Positions 24,223 through 37,039 of a stretch of 64,000 nt of DNA are shown here, one piece after another. The translations under genes were made by a program, and so were the position numbers. The stretch comes from Azolla caroliniana (Eukaryota > Plantae > Polypodiophyta), in contig JBHGNT010000004.1 of assembly GCA_043228905.1 (NCBI GenBank), forward strand, positions 23,746,001 through 23,810,000, in the 5' to 3' direction. Each line of letters begins with the position of its first letter. Within the stretch, counting starts at the first letter, position 1. Below the pieces are notes generated by a model that saw only the letters and a list, made by a program, of their open reading frames with translations, had not been told where the DNA came from and made no database searches.

Positions 24223-26058
24223 CTCTAGCCTATATCTCAAAGAGTAGGAACACTATCTAAAAAAACACATAAATGAACTTTATAGTCTTTTTATAACGGT
24301 TTGGTCCTTCTCGCATTAGTGTGGTCACAAAACTTTAAACTCTTTAGCTTTTCCACGTGTGCACTTGAGTTTGCATCTTTCGCACCAATGCCAAAATCAA
24401 TGTTGGACAATGAAATGTATGCATGTACTCAATGATGACTATATTTTAATTATACATACATACATGTGTGTGTGTGCGAGAGAGAGAGATCAAAATCCAT
24501 GATAGATTTAACATTACGTACGCATAATGTGAACCATAATCTAAACAAAAACATATCATATAATCAAGAAATTGTCTTTTGTAATCAAATGGAAATTGAG
24601 AAGAAATATATTATGTAGTAATTCAAGTCCATGCTACTACCAAAGTTGTAAACTTGTATTCTACAAGGACAAGTTGCATGTTGTTGGGGAACTTTTCTTA
24701 AAGGCAATGTTAAGGTGCTTAGACACTTGCATATGGTTTTTCAGGGAACTAAACAAGGTGTCCACTTGAATAAGAAATTAACCATTTGACACAATTAAAC
24801 GCGTTCATTTTTTAGCACTCTTGATAATTATCAATAATGATTTGCTATTTGATCAGGACGTAGGTTGAAATAATCTAACCTTATATCCCCTATGAGAAGA
24901 ATGTTTGAAGAAATGAGTTGTTGGGATGACCAACAACAATTGAGAGCGTCCATCTTCATTCTTATTAGTATTCACGTTAACCTTTGATGTTTGAAAATAT
25001 AAACTCAGATATTGAATAACTAACCACTAGCCACCAATACTTTAGGGCTAAGTAAGGTTATTGTTCAACATGGTCAAGACCACTGATTATCAAGATGTCA
25101 TCACACCATTGCATGCCTCGCGCCAATTCACCCCAGAAATGGTTTCATTACATGGAAATGAATTTGGTTTTGTGAAGCAATGACATAGTCGATCAATGTT
25201 ACATCTAAATAGAAGCACAAATGGGATCGTGCACTCAAATATTGGTCATTGAGAAAACTATTTTGCTTTCTCTTGCCAAGTGGTTAATGCGGAGCTGAAT
25301 TCTCGATTTCTTCTCCATAGGGACAAGTTTTCCACACGCAAAAATGCGATGTTAGTTTTCTTCTACCATCTTAAGCTAGAAGTGAATCACTACCCGTTGA
25401 ACTTTTACCAAATGGCAAAGTAGCAACATAGTTTCTTTGCAAATCACGGTGCCATGATCATAGTTCATTTCTAATAAATCTTGCACTTTTTTTCGAAAGT
25501 AGACGAAGCTAATCGGCAAAGAAAGAGAGGTTTACATAACTTAACGTTAGGCGAATGTTCCTAGTTCCATTTGTCTTGTGTTTTCTTATTTTGGCCCCAC
25601 TAGTCCCATATTGAAATCAAGGAGCACTTGGGATGGAAATTTCCGTATGGAGCTAGCTATCATGGAGAGTATATGGAGAGCTCCAAGGAGGAAGCCATGA
25701 AACTAGGTGGCCAGGAGGGAATCAGGAAGCAACCTCCGGGAAATGGCCAAGACACATCTTGTTATTTTGTCCAAGTGCTACCCATAAGCATAGTACGTAA
25801 TATACTCGAATGCATTGGCAAACATTCTTTTTTTCATATGAACAAAAACGAATGCATATGTTGCCAAAACATTCTTATGTTTTGTTTTTTTTCACTTTTT
25901 ACCTTAAAAAAATTACATTATAACAAATAATCAATACAAAAGTATGCTATTGACCATACTTCGAGGGTGTTTACCGTATTCGAATGATTGAAACATGCTC
26001 GAATGCGAATGCACGTATGTTACGTATGGTTCATACTATACCCCAGAATCAAAAACCG

Positions 26059-26229
26059 CATATGTGGAGAGGACTACGGTTTACGGTTTACGGTTTAGGG
26101 GTTTAGGGGTTTAGGGTCGGGCCATTTGGGGCAGGGCAGGGGACAAGTTTTTGCATATGCGGAGAGGACTCAGGTTTACGGTTTACGGTTTAGGGGTTTA
26201 GGGATGGACCATTTGGGGCAGGGCAGGGG
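26059..26229. repeat. Duplicated block of telomere-like heptamers in the POP1 promoter region
   Basis: CATATG.GGAGAGGACT..GGTTTACGGTTTACGGTTTAGGGGTTTAGGG..CCATTTGGGGCAGGGCAGGGG twice (26059, 26154). Confidence 0.8.
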
Positions 26230-26317
26230 AGCAGGGGAGGGCAGAGTACAAACCAGAAAAAAAGAACTCGTGGAGCAGAGGATCCCCCTCCCCCCCCCCC
26301 CGTCTATGAATTGTTCA

Positions 26318-26566
26318 GTAAGTAAGTCTTCAGCTCCTCTTACCCTCTGAGCAGTGTGAATTTCTCAGGATAACTCTTTTGCAGGCAAGACTGGATTGGT
26401 CAGGAGGTGAAGTCTTCAGCTCCTCTTACCCTCTGAGCAGTACGAGGTTTCAGGACAACCCTTTTGCAGGCAAGGCAAGACTGGATTGTTCACAGCAAGT
26501 AAGTCGACAGATCCTCTTTACCCTCCGAGTAGTGTGAGGTTTTAGGGCAAGCCTTTTGCAGGCAAG
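26318..26566 (+). repeat. Three ~88-bp tandem units, each a GT..TTTTGCAG 63-nt intron-like segment plus a short spacer
   Basis: 26322-26384, 26407-26469 and 26499-26561 share AAGTC..CAG.TCCTCTTACCCTC.GAG.AGT..CTTTTGCAG|GCAAG. Confidence 0.8.
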
Positions 26567-26731
26567 AAAGACAGCCCTCTGGTACTCCTCAACCCCTCAC
26601 TTTAGATACCAATCTGTCCTTTCAGAGCAAGCTAACGATGATGGCTGTGAGGATGAAGAAGACTGCATATACATGATTGGTTTGAATTGCTCCTTGTTTC
26701 TCCCTTTTTTTCTTTTTCTTCTGGGAGAGTG

Positions 26732-29700
26732 ATGGAAGATGTAGTAATGGCATTGGAGGCCCCTCCTCGCACTTTAGAAGTGAAGCATTTTGCTAAGGTT
26801 CGCGTAGCCGAGCTGCTTTCCCTTCATGCTGCAATAAAGAAACGGAAAGCTGCTACACATAAAGAGACGGATAACTGGGATGAAACTAATAAGGATTCTA
26901 CGTCTCTACCACGCCACCTCCGTAGACGAACTTCGAGCTATACTCGCCGTCGTCGCCCTCTTCCATGGTTATACAAACAGAAAAAGAACAAAAGTGTTCA
27001 TATAACAGCATCATTATACTCTGCTTTGCACCCGGAAAAGAAATCTAGGGTTCGAAAGGAAAACAACAATGTGAATTCAGGGGAATTTGATCAAAGCATC
27101 CATTTGGGAAAGGAAAGTAAGAATGATCCGTGTAAGAGAAAGAAACTCTGCCGTGCCCTTCGTAGATTGCTAGAGTTCAAATCAGTTGGCTCATTGATAG
27201 CTAATAATGGAACCAGAAGGTTGTCAACCCACGTGTGGCACGCCAAAAGATTTTCTATGGACAAAAAATGGGGATACTATCTTCCCATTGGTCGCCCTGG
27301 AAAGTATGTGCTTTTTCCCCACTATGCGTTTTACAAGTCATCCAAATACTTTTTTTCCCAGTCTTTTATGTGTAAAAAGAAAAGAGAGAAAGTTTTGCTT
27401 GGCTGTATGGAAAACTCAATCTTCACTGGTTCTATGTTTCCATTTGTGTTTTTGCATGTGGAACGAGAAACATAGACGGGTTGCGTGTTTGTAGTAAGAT
27501 TCTGAAAACGTTGCATTTTTGATGCAATTTCTGCACTGTGATTGATTATTAATGAGAGCTGAAATAATGCATAAAACTTGGAGCAGTCTCACAGTATTCA
27601 GATCTTCATTCTTCTTTTTGTTAAATGTTTATGGTCTGATGGTTTTCATTATGCTTGATGTTTTGAAGCCATTCATGTCAACGTCTTCACCTTGTTCTCA
27701 ATATTCTAATCCTACGACTGTTGATTAAAATCTGAGATCACGATTCTTCATTTCGTTAAATATTCATGATGATCTGATGATTTGAATTATGCATGGCATT
27801 TTGAAACCATCCCTTTCAAAGTCTTAACCTCGTTAACATTCTTCTTATCCTACGACAGTGAATCAATATTTCAGTGGATGATGACAGCTGAAATAATACC
27901 TAATACCTGAAATAGTGTCACACAATTCAGATCTTAATTCTTCTTTTATTAAATATTTCTAATTTGCCGATTTTAATTATGCATGACGGTTTGGAACCAT
28001 CGTTTTCAAAGTCTTAGCCTCTTTTCTAATATTCTTATCTTACAACCTATTTATGTGTAGTCTAAAATGCAATATTAGGAAGAAATGCAGTGAGTTTTAT
28101 GTAGAATATCAGTATTGAGAAGTAAAATGAACTGATCCATAAATATCGAATCCTGATCAAGGATATTTCCTGTCAAATCTGTTCATTGTTAGATTTTGAA
28201 TTCAATGGAACGGCTTTGTTCTTGTTAAACTTCTCAATTGAGCATAATAGAAGCATGAATTGGGTCTTCTACATAAGACAAACACTTCTGGCCCATTCTT
28301 TGACATATGGGAACACTCCTGTCATATTTTTCAAGCACAGAATTTGCGGCATTTATAAATTTGATAAACAATTGAAGAATAGAGTATGTGAGGTCCTGTT
28401 TTATTTTGATATACCTTTAAGATTTGTTGAAGCTCAAGCTGGCTAACACAATACTGGATATTAATATTTCGTCTAGTCCTTGCATCATTGACTGGTTCAA
28501 TTATAGATAGGATCTCTTCAGTCATCAATTAATCGATATTAATTTGATTCCAGTTATTGTATTTTATGAATATAATCTATTTTTTTACTTCCGTTACTTT
28601 CTTGATCCTGTGTAGTTGGTCTTGAATTTCTTTGTATTGCACCAATCCTCAATGTTGTATGTATAACTTGCCTTTGTTTATAGGGGTCGAGGATCAAGAG
28701 CCGTATTGAGATGGTGTAAAACTAAAGCCTTGCTACAAGATGCTAGCTTTTACAATGCAATTCAGATTCACGGAGAGGAGGTAGCAAAATACAATTTTTT
28801 TTTTGGCAAATGCACTCTTATTATTGTATGCCCAAAAATACCTCATAATTGCATTTGATGTAGCTTATGTTACGGGAAAACATATCGCATGCATGAAACT
28901 AGCTCATTGATAATTAATGTTAATATAGTCTTCGTTGTCCACCCAAACAGTCTGCAAGCGCAATATAACTTCAAAATATCCGGGAAGAGATCTTGCATAA
29001 AGCTCTTTTTTTCGGTTGAAATAATTTCTTGTATTTTGGAAATGATTCGCAAAGGGCTCTACATTTCTCAGAAGAGTTTCTATGCATGATTTTTGTCTTG
29101 AAGCTATTCATTGTAAGCATCATCAAGATGATGATAATGGCGTTTTGTGTCAAAATGAACCATGATCAAGTGAATATTGATGATGACAATAAATGCTGAG
29201 ATGCTTATCTGTTTGTTTGGGCTCAACTTCAGGAGAAATTACTGCAAATTATGCAACTTATGTTTGAGTTGCCAGAAGCTGCCAACTCTGATCGTGACTT
29301 AAAACAACAAGAACTTTCTGGGGAATATTTCACTAAAGCTCTTGTATGTTCTATGTTTCTGATTTATCATGATTCTTTTTGTGTATGGCCGTCTTATGTG
29401 GGGGATTTTGTTGCTATATGTTTTTGTCAGTTACACAATGTCGGAGAAGCACCTTACAAGCTCATTGCTCCCATAATTCTTCTTTGGAAACCTGTCCTCC
29501 CTGTAACTGGTGGCATTCAAATGGATCAGAGCGAAAGAGACCTATGGATTTGGGTCCATGCTGCCGCTTTTGAAGAGGCGTTGCAAGCATTACAGCTGAC
29601 TTGTAGGAAAGTGGTAATGATGGGGATCTAAATATGCTGTATAACAAGACATGGGTTTCAGATGTTTCTCACAAGTGTGTTTTGGATGCATAGGAGTCTG

Positions 29701-32408
29701 TGAGTGATGGTATAATTGGTTGCTTCTCAAGGAGAGAAGACTTAGGCATGTTGGATCTTGTAGGGGAGAAGTCATTTGAGATATTACAAAAGGTTATTTT
29801 TCCTTTGAAAAGGTAGGGGACTACTTTTTGATAAGGGTTATCTCATTACATCCTTATAACAGTGAATTCTGTATTAGTAATATCATATATATTTGAATAT
29901 CCATTGTGGGCTGTGGCATGTCAGGCAGGACACTTGCATGATGGCATCTTGATTGAGTTTTGGTGTGTTTTGTTATGCTCATATTGCTTAACACTTTTGG
30001 CGTTATAAGATTGGAAGCCTTTGGGAATGTTAAAAAACATGTTACGCGCACAGTCAGCATAGGAAGCAGCTGGAATAGACCGAAATGTTTAATGGTAATA
30101 ATATATATGCACGAATGTAAATATGGTAAAATTACAAGTGCACATCTTTATATATTTTATGTGTATTTGTATATGCATGCATGGATGTCTGACATCCATC
30201 TTACTTTTAACCTAGGTGACATAACGTGAGGTCTTTGGAAATGTTAAAATATGTTACATGGACATTAAAACTTAGGAACTACCAGGAATAGGCTGAAATT
30301 TCCAATGATACTAATATATATGTATGGTACAAATATAGTGTGCGCATCTTTGTAGATTTTATTTGTGTATTTGTGTATTAAGCATGCATGCATGTACTAC
30401 TAAAAATAAATGAACTGATATGCACATTGTATGCCTGTGTGCTGTTTGATGTCTCATACATTTATGAATTTTAATTTGAAGTTCTTGATGAAACAAAGGC
30501 ATGCTATTGATTAGATTTGATCATCTGATGGTTTTAACATGTTAATATTACATGTGTTAGTAAAAACATCATTGAAGATGTCGTGGATGTGCATGAATAT
30601 ATGGCCTCTTTTCATTTTCGTATTGCGTTCAATTGGTTTATTATTTGTCAGGGATGATGGTGGCAAATGTAAGAAGCTTTTTGAACTTGCTGAAGTGATT
30701 AGACCTGATGAAGTGAAAGGGAAAAAGGTTATTAGTTTGGAGGTGTGTGATCCTCGATTAAGTCAAAGCGAGAGATTGCTGATGCTTGATCCATCATCTT
30801 TGGGGAGAATGGAATCCAAAATAAGCTCCTCATTTGGAGAAGTGGCACAACTTGATTTCATTAATAGAATTTCAGGGGAAGAGGAACTACATGGTTATTA
30901 CTCTAATATTGAGGTCATGAATACCCTGTGGAATTCAAAGTCTAAGAAACCCAACCCACCTTTAAAAGAGAAGTTTTTGAGTAAAATGCGACACATAATT
31001 CGGTTGCATGCCTTTGGCCTTGGCGAACCAGCTACCTTTAACAGAGGCAGAAAATTGGGAATAAGTAAAACTCTCTGTGACAGGTCTTCATGTTCCATAC
31101 TGCTGCTTAAACATGATGGTGTGAAGCCATCAGCATGTGGGTGAGATGACATCAATGACTGATTACTTTATAGTTATAGTTTATTTTTGTTTCTGAAATT
31201 AACAAGTGCAAATTTCTTCATGTACAGATGGTCTGTCATTCTACCACTGACTTGGATTTCCTCAGCATTTTGGGTGCCCCTTGTGTTTGCTGGTGGTCAT
31301 GTGATTGGTGTGCGAGAACGACATTGGCTGCATACTGATGTAGGTATAACTAATATACACAATCATGGTTAGCATTGAATTCTATTACTGATTTGCTACT
31401 TAGAACTTATTTTGATGTGATAGGCTGGATATCCCTCATTTCCATCTGATTTCCCTGACACTGCAACGTTTTGCCGATTGTTATCTTCTTCTGAAGGCTC
31501 TGAAGGGTTGCCGAGCAGATTAACTAAAAGAAGAAGACTTAAAAGAGAACCACTCTTGGCATCTTGTGGAGCAGTCTGTGGACCCCCAATGCAACTTGCT
31601 AGTGATTCTCCGAGCCATGAGGTGGCAGATGAGGGCGAATTACATACAGAAACTCTACCATTTCCTGGTTCTTTTGTTGCTCGTACTGCTGGAAGTCTCT
31701 TGACGTATCTTCAAGCCACCCATCAAACTAATTTGCTTCTATTCCCAACACAAATTGAGAGGAAGGAGAAGTTCAAAACACGTGACAAGAGGCTTTTTGA
31801 AGGGACAGTTGCATGGCATGCCAAAACTGAGACATCGTCCATAAGAACTGAAAGTATATGTTTGGTACGAGTTTTGATTCAGCCATTTCATAAAGGTGTC
31901 GCAGAGGTCGGTGCAGTCCTCTATTCGCCGACGTCAGATGATTACAATATTTGGTCTCATATGTGAGTTGTTTTGAAAGCATGTAAATAGTTTTACAAAT
32001 TTTTTATACCTAAAACTTCATGTCATGCTGTAGGGAAGGGAAGCTAAGTTCAACTGCTTTTGGATCTAAACATGATAAGTCAGAGAGAGGTCTTGGATTT
32101 GTGACTTCCATGGCTCCTTATGGCAGGTATATGGTCTTTATTCTCTTGCTCATTATTCACTCATTTGCCTATTTGAAATAATCTTGGCCTAAAGAGATTG
32201 TTTAATTTGCTTGTGTTTATACAGCAACCACGGTGTCAGCGTTGCATTCTGTGATGCTGTGGCATTAGGGTTGATGAGAGGGAGGCAGTGGGTTGAGACG
32301 TCATGGTGCAAAAATCCTGGCATATTTTTGATGTTCTGCAATGAGAACTCGAATACATTTCGTCCTGCGTTTGCTTCCATTGTAATCGAAGAAACACCAG
32401 ATGTGTAA
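26732..32408 (+). CDS. POP1: Ribonuclease P/MRP protein subunit POP1. Exons 26732-27303, 28684-28780, 29233-29343, 29431-29613, 29694-29812, 30652-31140, 31228-31339, 31424-31962, 32034-32127, 32225-32408
   Basis: POP1 motifs LPRHLRRRTSS, RLSTHVWHAKRF..WGYYLP..GRGSRA, LQDASF, LWIWVH and POPLD motif GWSVILPLTW..FWVPL..IGVRERHW..GYPSFPSDFPDT; canonical splice sites. Confidence 0.93.
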
Positions 32409-33865
32409 ATTTGCTGATCTGTTCTTGATTCTTTAACACATTGGTTGTGGGGAATCTTTATAGGCAAAAGTGTGCCTTATTTTTCTCTTAACTAGAGTAG
32501 GTGTTGTATGCTTTTGCCAAAGCACAAATCATCATAATTCCCTTGTGGATTGCTTCAAATTTTTTTCTATGTATATATATTATCTTTGTCAATTTGCTTT
32601 TTAAGCTGAAATGACTGCTTTTCACGTTAGCTGATTTGGCAGTTACTTTCTACCATTTCTATTTCCCTTTTAACAAAGTTTCTCATCCCTCAGTTTTGAT
32701 GATTCATAATTCATTCATCCTCTCTCCTCAGTTTCTCATCCTCACTTCTATTTGCAGTTTATGATTCACAATTCATTCTTCCTCTCTCTTATTTTTTTCA
32801 TTCTATTTACATTAGCATGCTATCAAATAAATGTGTCCCTTCCGGAGCTTAGGTTCATTCTTTTACAATGGATTTAGTAATGGAGGTGCTAGACAATCCA
32901 CCCATAGAACATGGTTGCATCATTTCCCATCTTAATTATGTAAACATTGGAATTATAATGCACATTCTTGAACAAATAAAGATTAGAACAGGGTTGCATC
33001 ATTTCCCATCTTAATTAAGTAAACATTGGAATTATGATGCGCATTCTTGAACTGTAGAATTCTGATTGTTAAAGATTTTAAATGCTTTTCATGAATTGTT
33101 ACAAGCCATCTGGAACCTATTAAAGGGTGCACTATTTTCATTTCTTGTGCCCTATTTTCATTGCCTTTGAAAACTCTATTCAATGCTTTATTCAGACCAA
33201 ACTTGTTTATTCAATACTTTATCTCGACACTCCACCCCAGAGTTTGATGCCCTTCCTTACATGTAATGGAATCTTGAAACTTTGAAATGGTGCAGAAATA
33301 TTATTTAATGACATCGATTTTTGTGCATTCCATGAGAATAGCCTCATCATGATCAATAAAGCCAGCATGCACATAGGAACAATGCACACATATAATACCA
33401 TGTAGGCATAATCCAAACATATCACACAATGTAATATTGTGTGAATGTACGGGCATATATACAAAACGTGGGATTAAAGCAACACATAATGCACACATGT
33501 ATTATATGATATAGAAGTCCACGGGCAGGCATATGTACATATAAAACGTGGTGACAAAAACAATTGAACATGAGGACGACGATGACTGACAGGGAAAATC
33601 AATAGTAGTAGGATTGCTCAATAGTGTTTTTGTACAATGGTAAGCTTTTATCTTCTTAACTAGTGATACCTTTGGCTTTCAACCTCATTTTGAAATTATA
33701 CTTTGACAAAGCTATGCATTTTTAAAATAGATATTGGTTACGGAAAATCTATTACAACGTCATGTTTTTGAAACCTAGAACTTGGTGGAAATATATAAGA
33801 CAAAATTGCCACTGGATGTATACCAGACCCTTGTGATCAACTTTTTTTAGTTATAATAATGTTTT

Positions 33866-34407
33866 TTTTTTCCAAACAACATATCCTTCCATTAGTTTTA
33901 AAAACACATATTAGATACAAAATACAAAATAGATGGAAAGGAAGCAACAATTCTTCCCAACCCGTCTTGTGTAAGACAATGGCTAGCCATGGATCCTTCA
34001 TTTGATAGAAATGATTGAGAACTTCCTCAAATTTCCCCATTCTCATCATATCCTACAATCGGTGCATTCCAAGAGACTTGTTTTTGGACTGAAAGCGTCT
34101 TGGCGAGTGACCTATGTTTGGCATACATATGTATTAATGTATTGCCAATGAAATAATCTCTTTCAACAACTTTTTGTACACTCTCCTTGTGAATTTCATT
34201 GCCTGCTAATGTAGTTCTAATGTTACCATATGCTTTAAGGTAGCAAGCAAGTGTGACAGTATTTGGAGGGATGCCTAGTCTTTGCATTGCTCAAAGAGAG
34301 AGAGTGTTGTCTCACTATATCCATGTTCCACATGTCCTATAGTCACTATATTCCATGAAATTGCATCATTCATAGAAAGATCATCAAAAATTTCATGTGC
34401 TGTCCTA
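33866..34407 (-). pseudogene. Retroposed chimera: degenerate PLS-class PPR fragment (~33990-34407) fused to a LINE-type 3' tail and short poly(A), flanked by an 18-bp TSD
   Basis: MQRLGIPPNTVTLACYLKAYG..RDYFIGNTLIHMYAK..VSWNAPIVGY; direct repeat TAGTTATAATAATGTTTT at 33848-33865 and 34408-34425; tail motif ACTAATGGAAGGA shared with the LINE ends at ~10843 and ~44665. Confidence 0.8.
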
Positions 34408-35435
34408 TAGTTATAATAATGTTTTAATATTTTTCACTTTACTTTATAATGAGGTCTACAAGATAATGGTATTGATTATGAGGTTTATATTTAAGAATCT
34501 TGTGCCACTATGTTAAAAGTTGTTTCTAAAACATATGTTCATTTATGGTACACTCAAGGAGAACCTGTTTATAATCCTAGGGGTCTATGACACTTCTTGT
34601 TCACAAACAGTCATTAGTGGTTTGGTCGATTGGTTTCCATCATCAGTGTCGTTTTTAAAGCACTAGGGAAAAGAAGAAGAAGAAGAAGAAGACTAAGGCG
34701 AAGAAGATTCTCTTTATAATTACTAGGTTTTTTCATTAGGCTTTATTTCCCCCCCCTTTCTAAAGAATTTTGGAAGCTGGAGCAAGTGCAAACTGTTTGA
34801 CATTCTAGAGACATTATCATCGGTAACCATGAATTTTTTGGAAAATTCTCGACAAGCAAGTTTTTTTTCTTGTATTACTTTTCCCGATCTTTCATGTGAA
34901 ATAATATTAAAAAGGTAGAATTGAGATATATATAACATCAAAACAGACACATTTTGGTTAAGGTGTCACTTTTCAATGAATGTGGTTGCATATGGAGGGC
35001 TTTTGAGCTCCAAAAAGTTTGAGAAAAGAAAACACGGAAGATATGCCCTCGTATGCATTGAATACCAGCATTTGGAAGACCTTCATCATGATAAAGCAAT
35101 GCTTTCTTTCTTGAACGCGGACCTAAATTGTACCTAGCCGTACTTTGACTTGTATTGAGTGAGGCAATGTTTTATGTAATGGTCCACAATCAATGCGTTG
35201 TGCATGTTCTTTGGTGTGCATTCCCCCCCCATCACCTCCATTTACAGTTAAATAGAAATTATGTTCCTCATGCATGGGTTAAGTCCCTCTCAAAACAAAA
35301 GGAACACTTGTTTTCATATCGATATTGCGAATGTGATTATGTGGCTCCTTTTTGGATTGTCGTGAGCATGTGTCCTTGACATCCCACCATGGAAAGCGTA
35401 TGGACTCGAATATTGCATTTTGCACGATAACAATG

Positions 35436-36728
35436 TCATCGAAGTGCTTGTGGTTGTGACGTGTGTTGGACGATCCATGGATGATCTGGAATGGGAACCG
35501 ATCATATGTATGAGTGAAGTTTCCAACGGAACGCAATCCAACCAAAGAGACTAGAGTGTGGAAACAACGAAAAAAGAGGTTGAGATTTTTTGCTTACTCA
35601 AGGCTTGCGCGACGGTGAATCTCGAGTTCGGTTCGGGGCACAACATGTTGGATATCAAATCTTTGGCGGATGGGGATATCTTGTCCCACAGGTGTGGAGG
35701 GAAGTTTAGCTTGCCTCTTTGGATAGAATTGAATATGGCTTGTTGTGTAGGGCCACCAAAAGGAGGGAAGCCACATAGGAGGACATAGAGGATGACACCC
35801 GAACTCCACACGTCAATACATTCCGAATATTCGCCTTGGAAAACCTCGGGCGCGATGTAATAGCTACTCCCGACCATATCCGAAAACTTCTGACCTGTAT
35901 AAACAATAAACAATCACAACAATCCCGAAAAAAAGAAACAAAAAACTAGCCATTTGTTTGTTTCACATTGATGATGTGTTTCGATAGAAACCTCAATGGG
36001 GATGAAAGGGTAGTTTTTTTTTTGATCGGACAAAAAAACATACCGGGCTTAAATTGGACGGCCAGCCCGAAATCGGCGAGCTTGATGGGCGAGGAATCGG
36101 ATTCGTCGACAAGGAGGATATTCTCGGGCTTGAGATCCCGGTGCATGACCCCGAGGCCGTGGCAGAATTGCACGGTCTCAAGCAAGCTCTTCATTAGAGA
36201 TGCCGCGTGCTTCTCGGGGTAGCATTTCTTCTTGGCGATTCGATCGAAGAGGTCCCCACCACGACAAAGGTCGATGACAAGGTGGACAAACTCGCGATCC
36301 TCGAACACGTCGTGGAGCTGGACAATGTTGCAATGACTAGTAGGCCTAGGACTAGGGTTAGGGTTAGGGTTAGGGTTAGGGATGATCACATTGACATGTG
36401 AGGAGATGTGTGCCATTATCCGAACCTCTTGGACTATGTTGGCGATGTGATCGGAATCGAAGGAGGAGAGGGAGGGCTTGGAGATGGATTTGCAAGCGAA
36501 AACCGAGGCGGGATCGGACCTAGAGGTGCAGGTGCGAATGATGCCGAAATGGCCACGGCCGAGCTCGGGCCCGAGGTCGTAGCGGTCCTCAAGGCGGGAG
36601 TGTGTGGGGAAAGGGAGGATGTGTTCATGCAGTGATGATGAGGAAGAAGGAGGAGGAGGAGGAGAAGAAGAATTATAGTCTATGACAAGATTTGAGGAGG
36701 AGAATTTGGTCACTAAGCAATTACCCAT
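35436..36728 (-). CDS. CDPK/PEPRK-related Ser/Thr kinase, catalytic domain only. Exons 36728-36044, 35894-35598, 35485-35436
   Basis: MGNC N-terminus; LGRGHFG, FACKSISK, HRDLKPENIL, DFGLA, GSSYYIAPEV, DVWSSGVILY; ends QALNHPWIVQHTSQPQALR*. Confidence 0.9.
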
Positions 36729-37039
36729 ATCTCCAAGAAGAAACCCTAAAAACAGAACAGAACACTAGGGAATGCTCTGTTTTCTTTAGGGGATTGGGCT
36801 TGCTTTATTATTCTTCTTCTTCTTTTGGGGTGTTAAGGGGGTGAGAGAGGAGGCTCCATTTTTATACTGGCTCTCTGCCCCCTGCCCTCTCCTTTTCATT
36901 GGCACTATCTCTTTCTTTGCCATTTCAGACAGGTGACCCTTTTATCTCTCCACAGTTTTGATCACATGACTAAACTATAACCAACACATGTGTGACCAAA
37001 TTTGTCCTCACTTGTGTTTGCTCGCACCAACTCCGTTAC

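Noticed and set aside
25623-25779. AGCACTTGG..CCAAGTGCT 9-bp inverted repeat (MITE?) overlapping a 100-aa ORF
   Set aside because: Repeat too short, no TSD, ORF has no recognisable motif.
26630-26690. Possible C/D snoRNA upstream of POP1
   Set aside because: No proper RUGAUGA/CUGA pair with a terminal stem.
14051-32408. Functional cluster of RNA-related genes (PDAP1, RRM protein, POP1)
   Set aside because: Unrelated pathways and compartments; adjacency is unremarkable without synteny or co-expression data.
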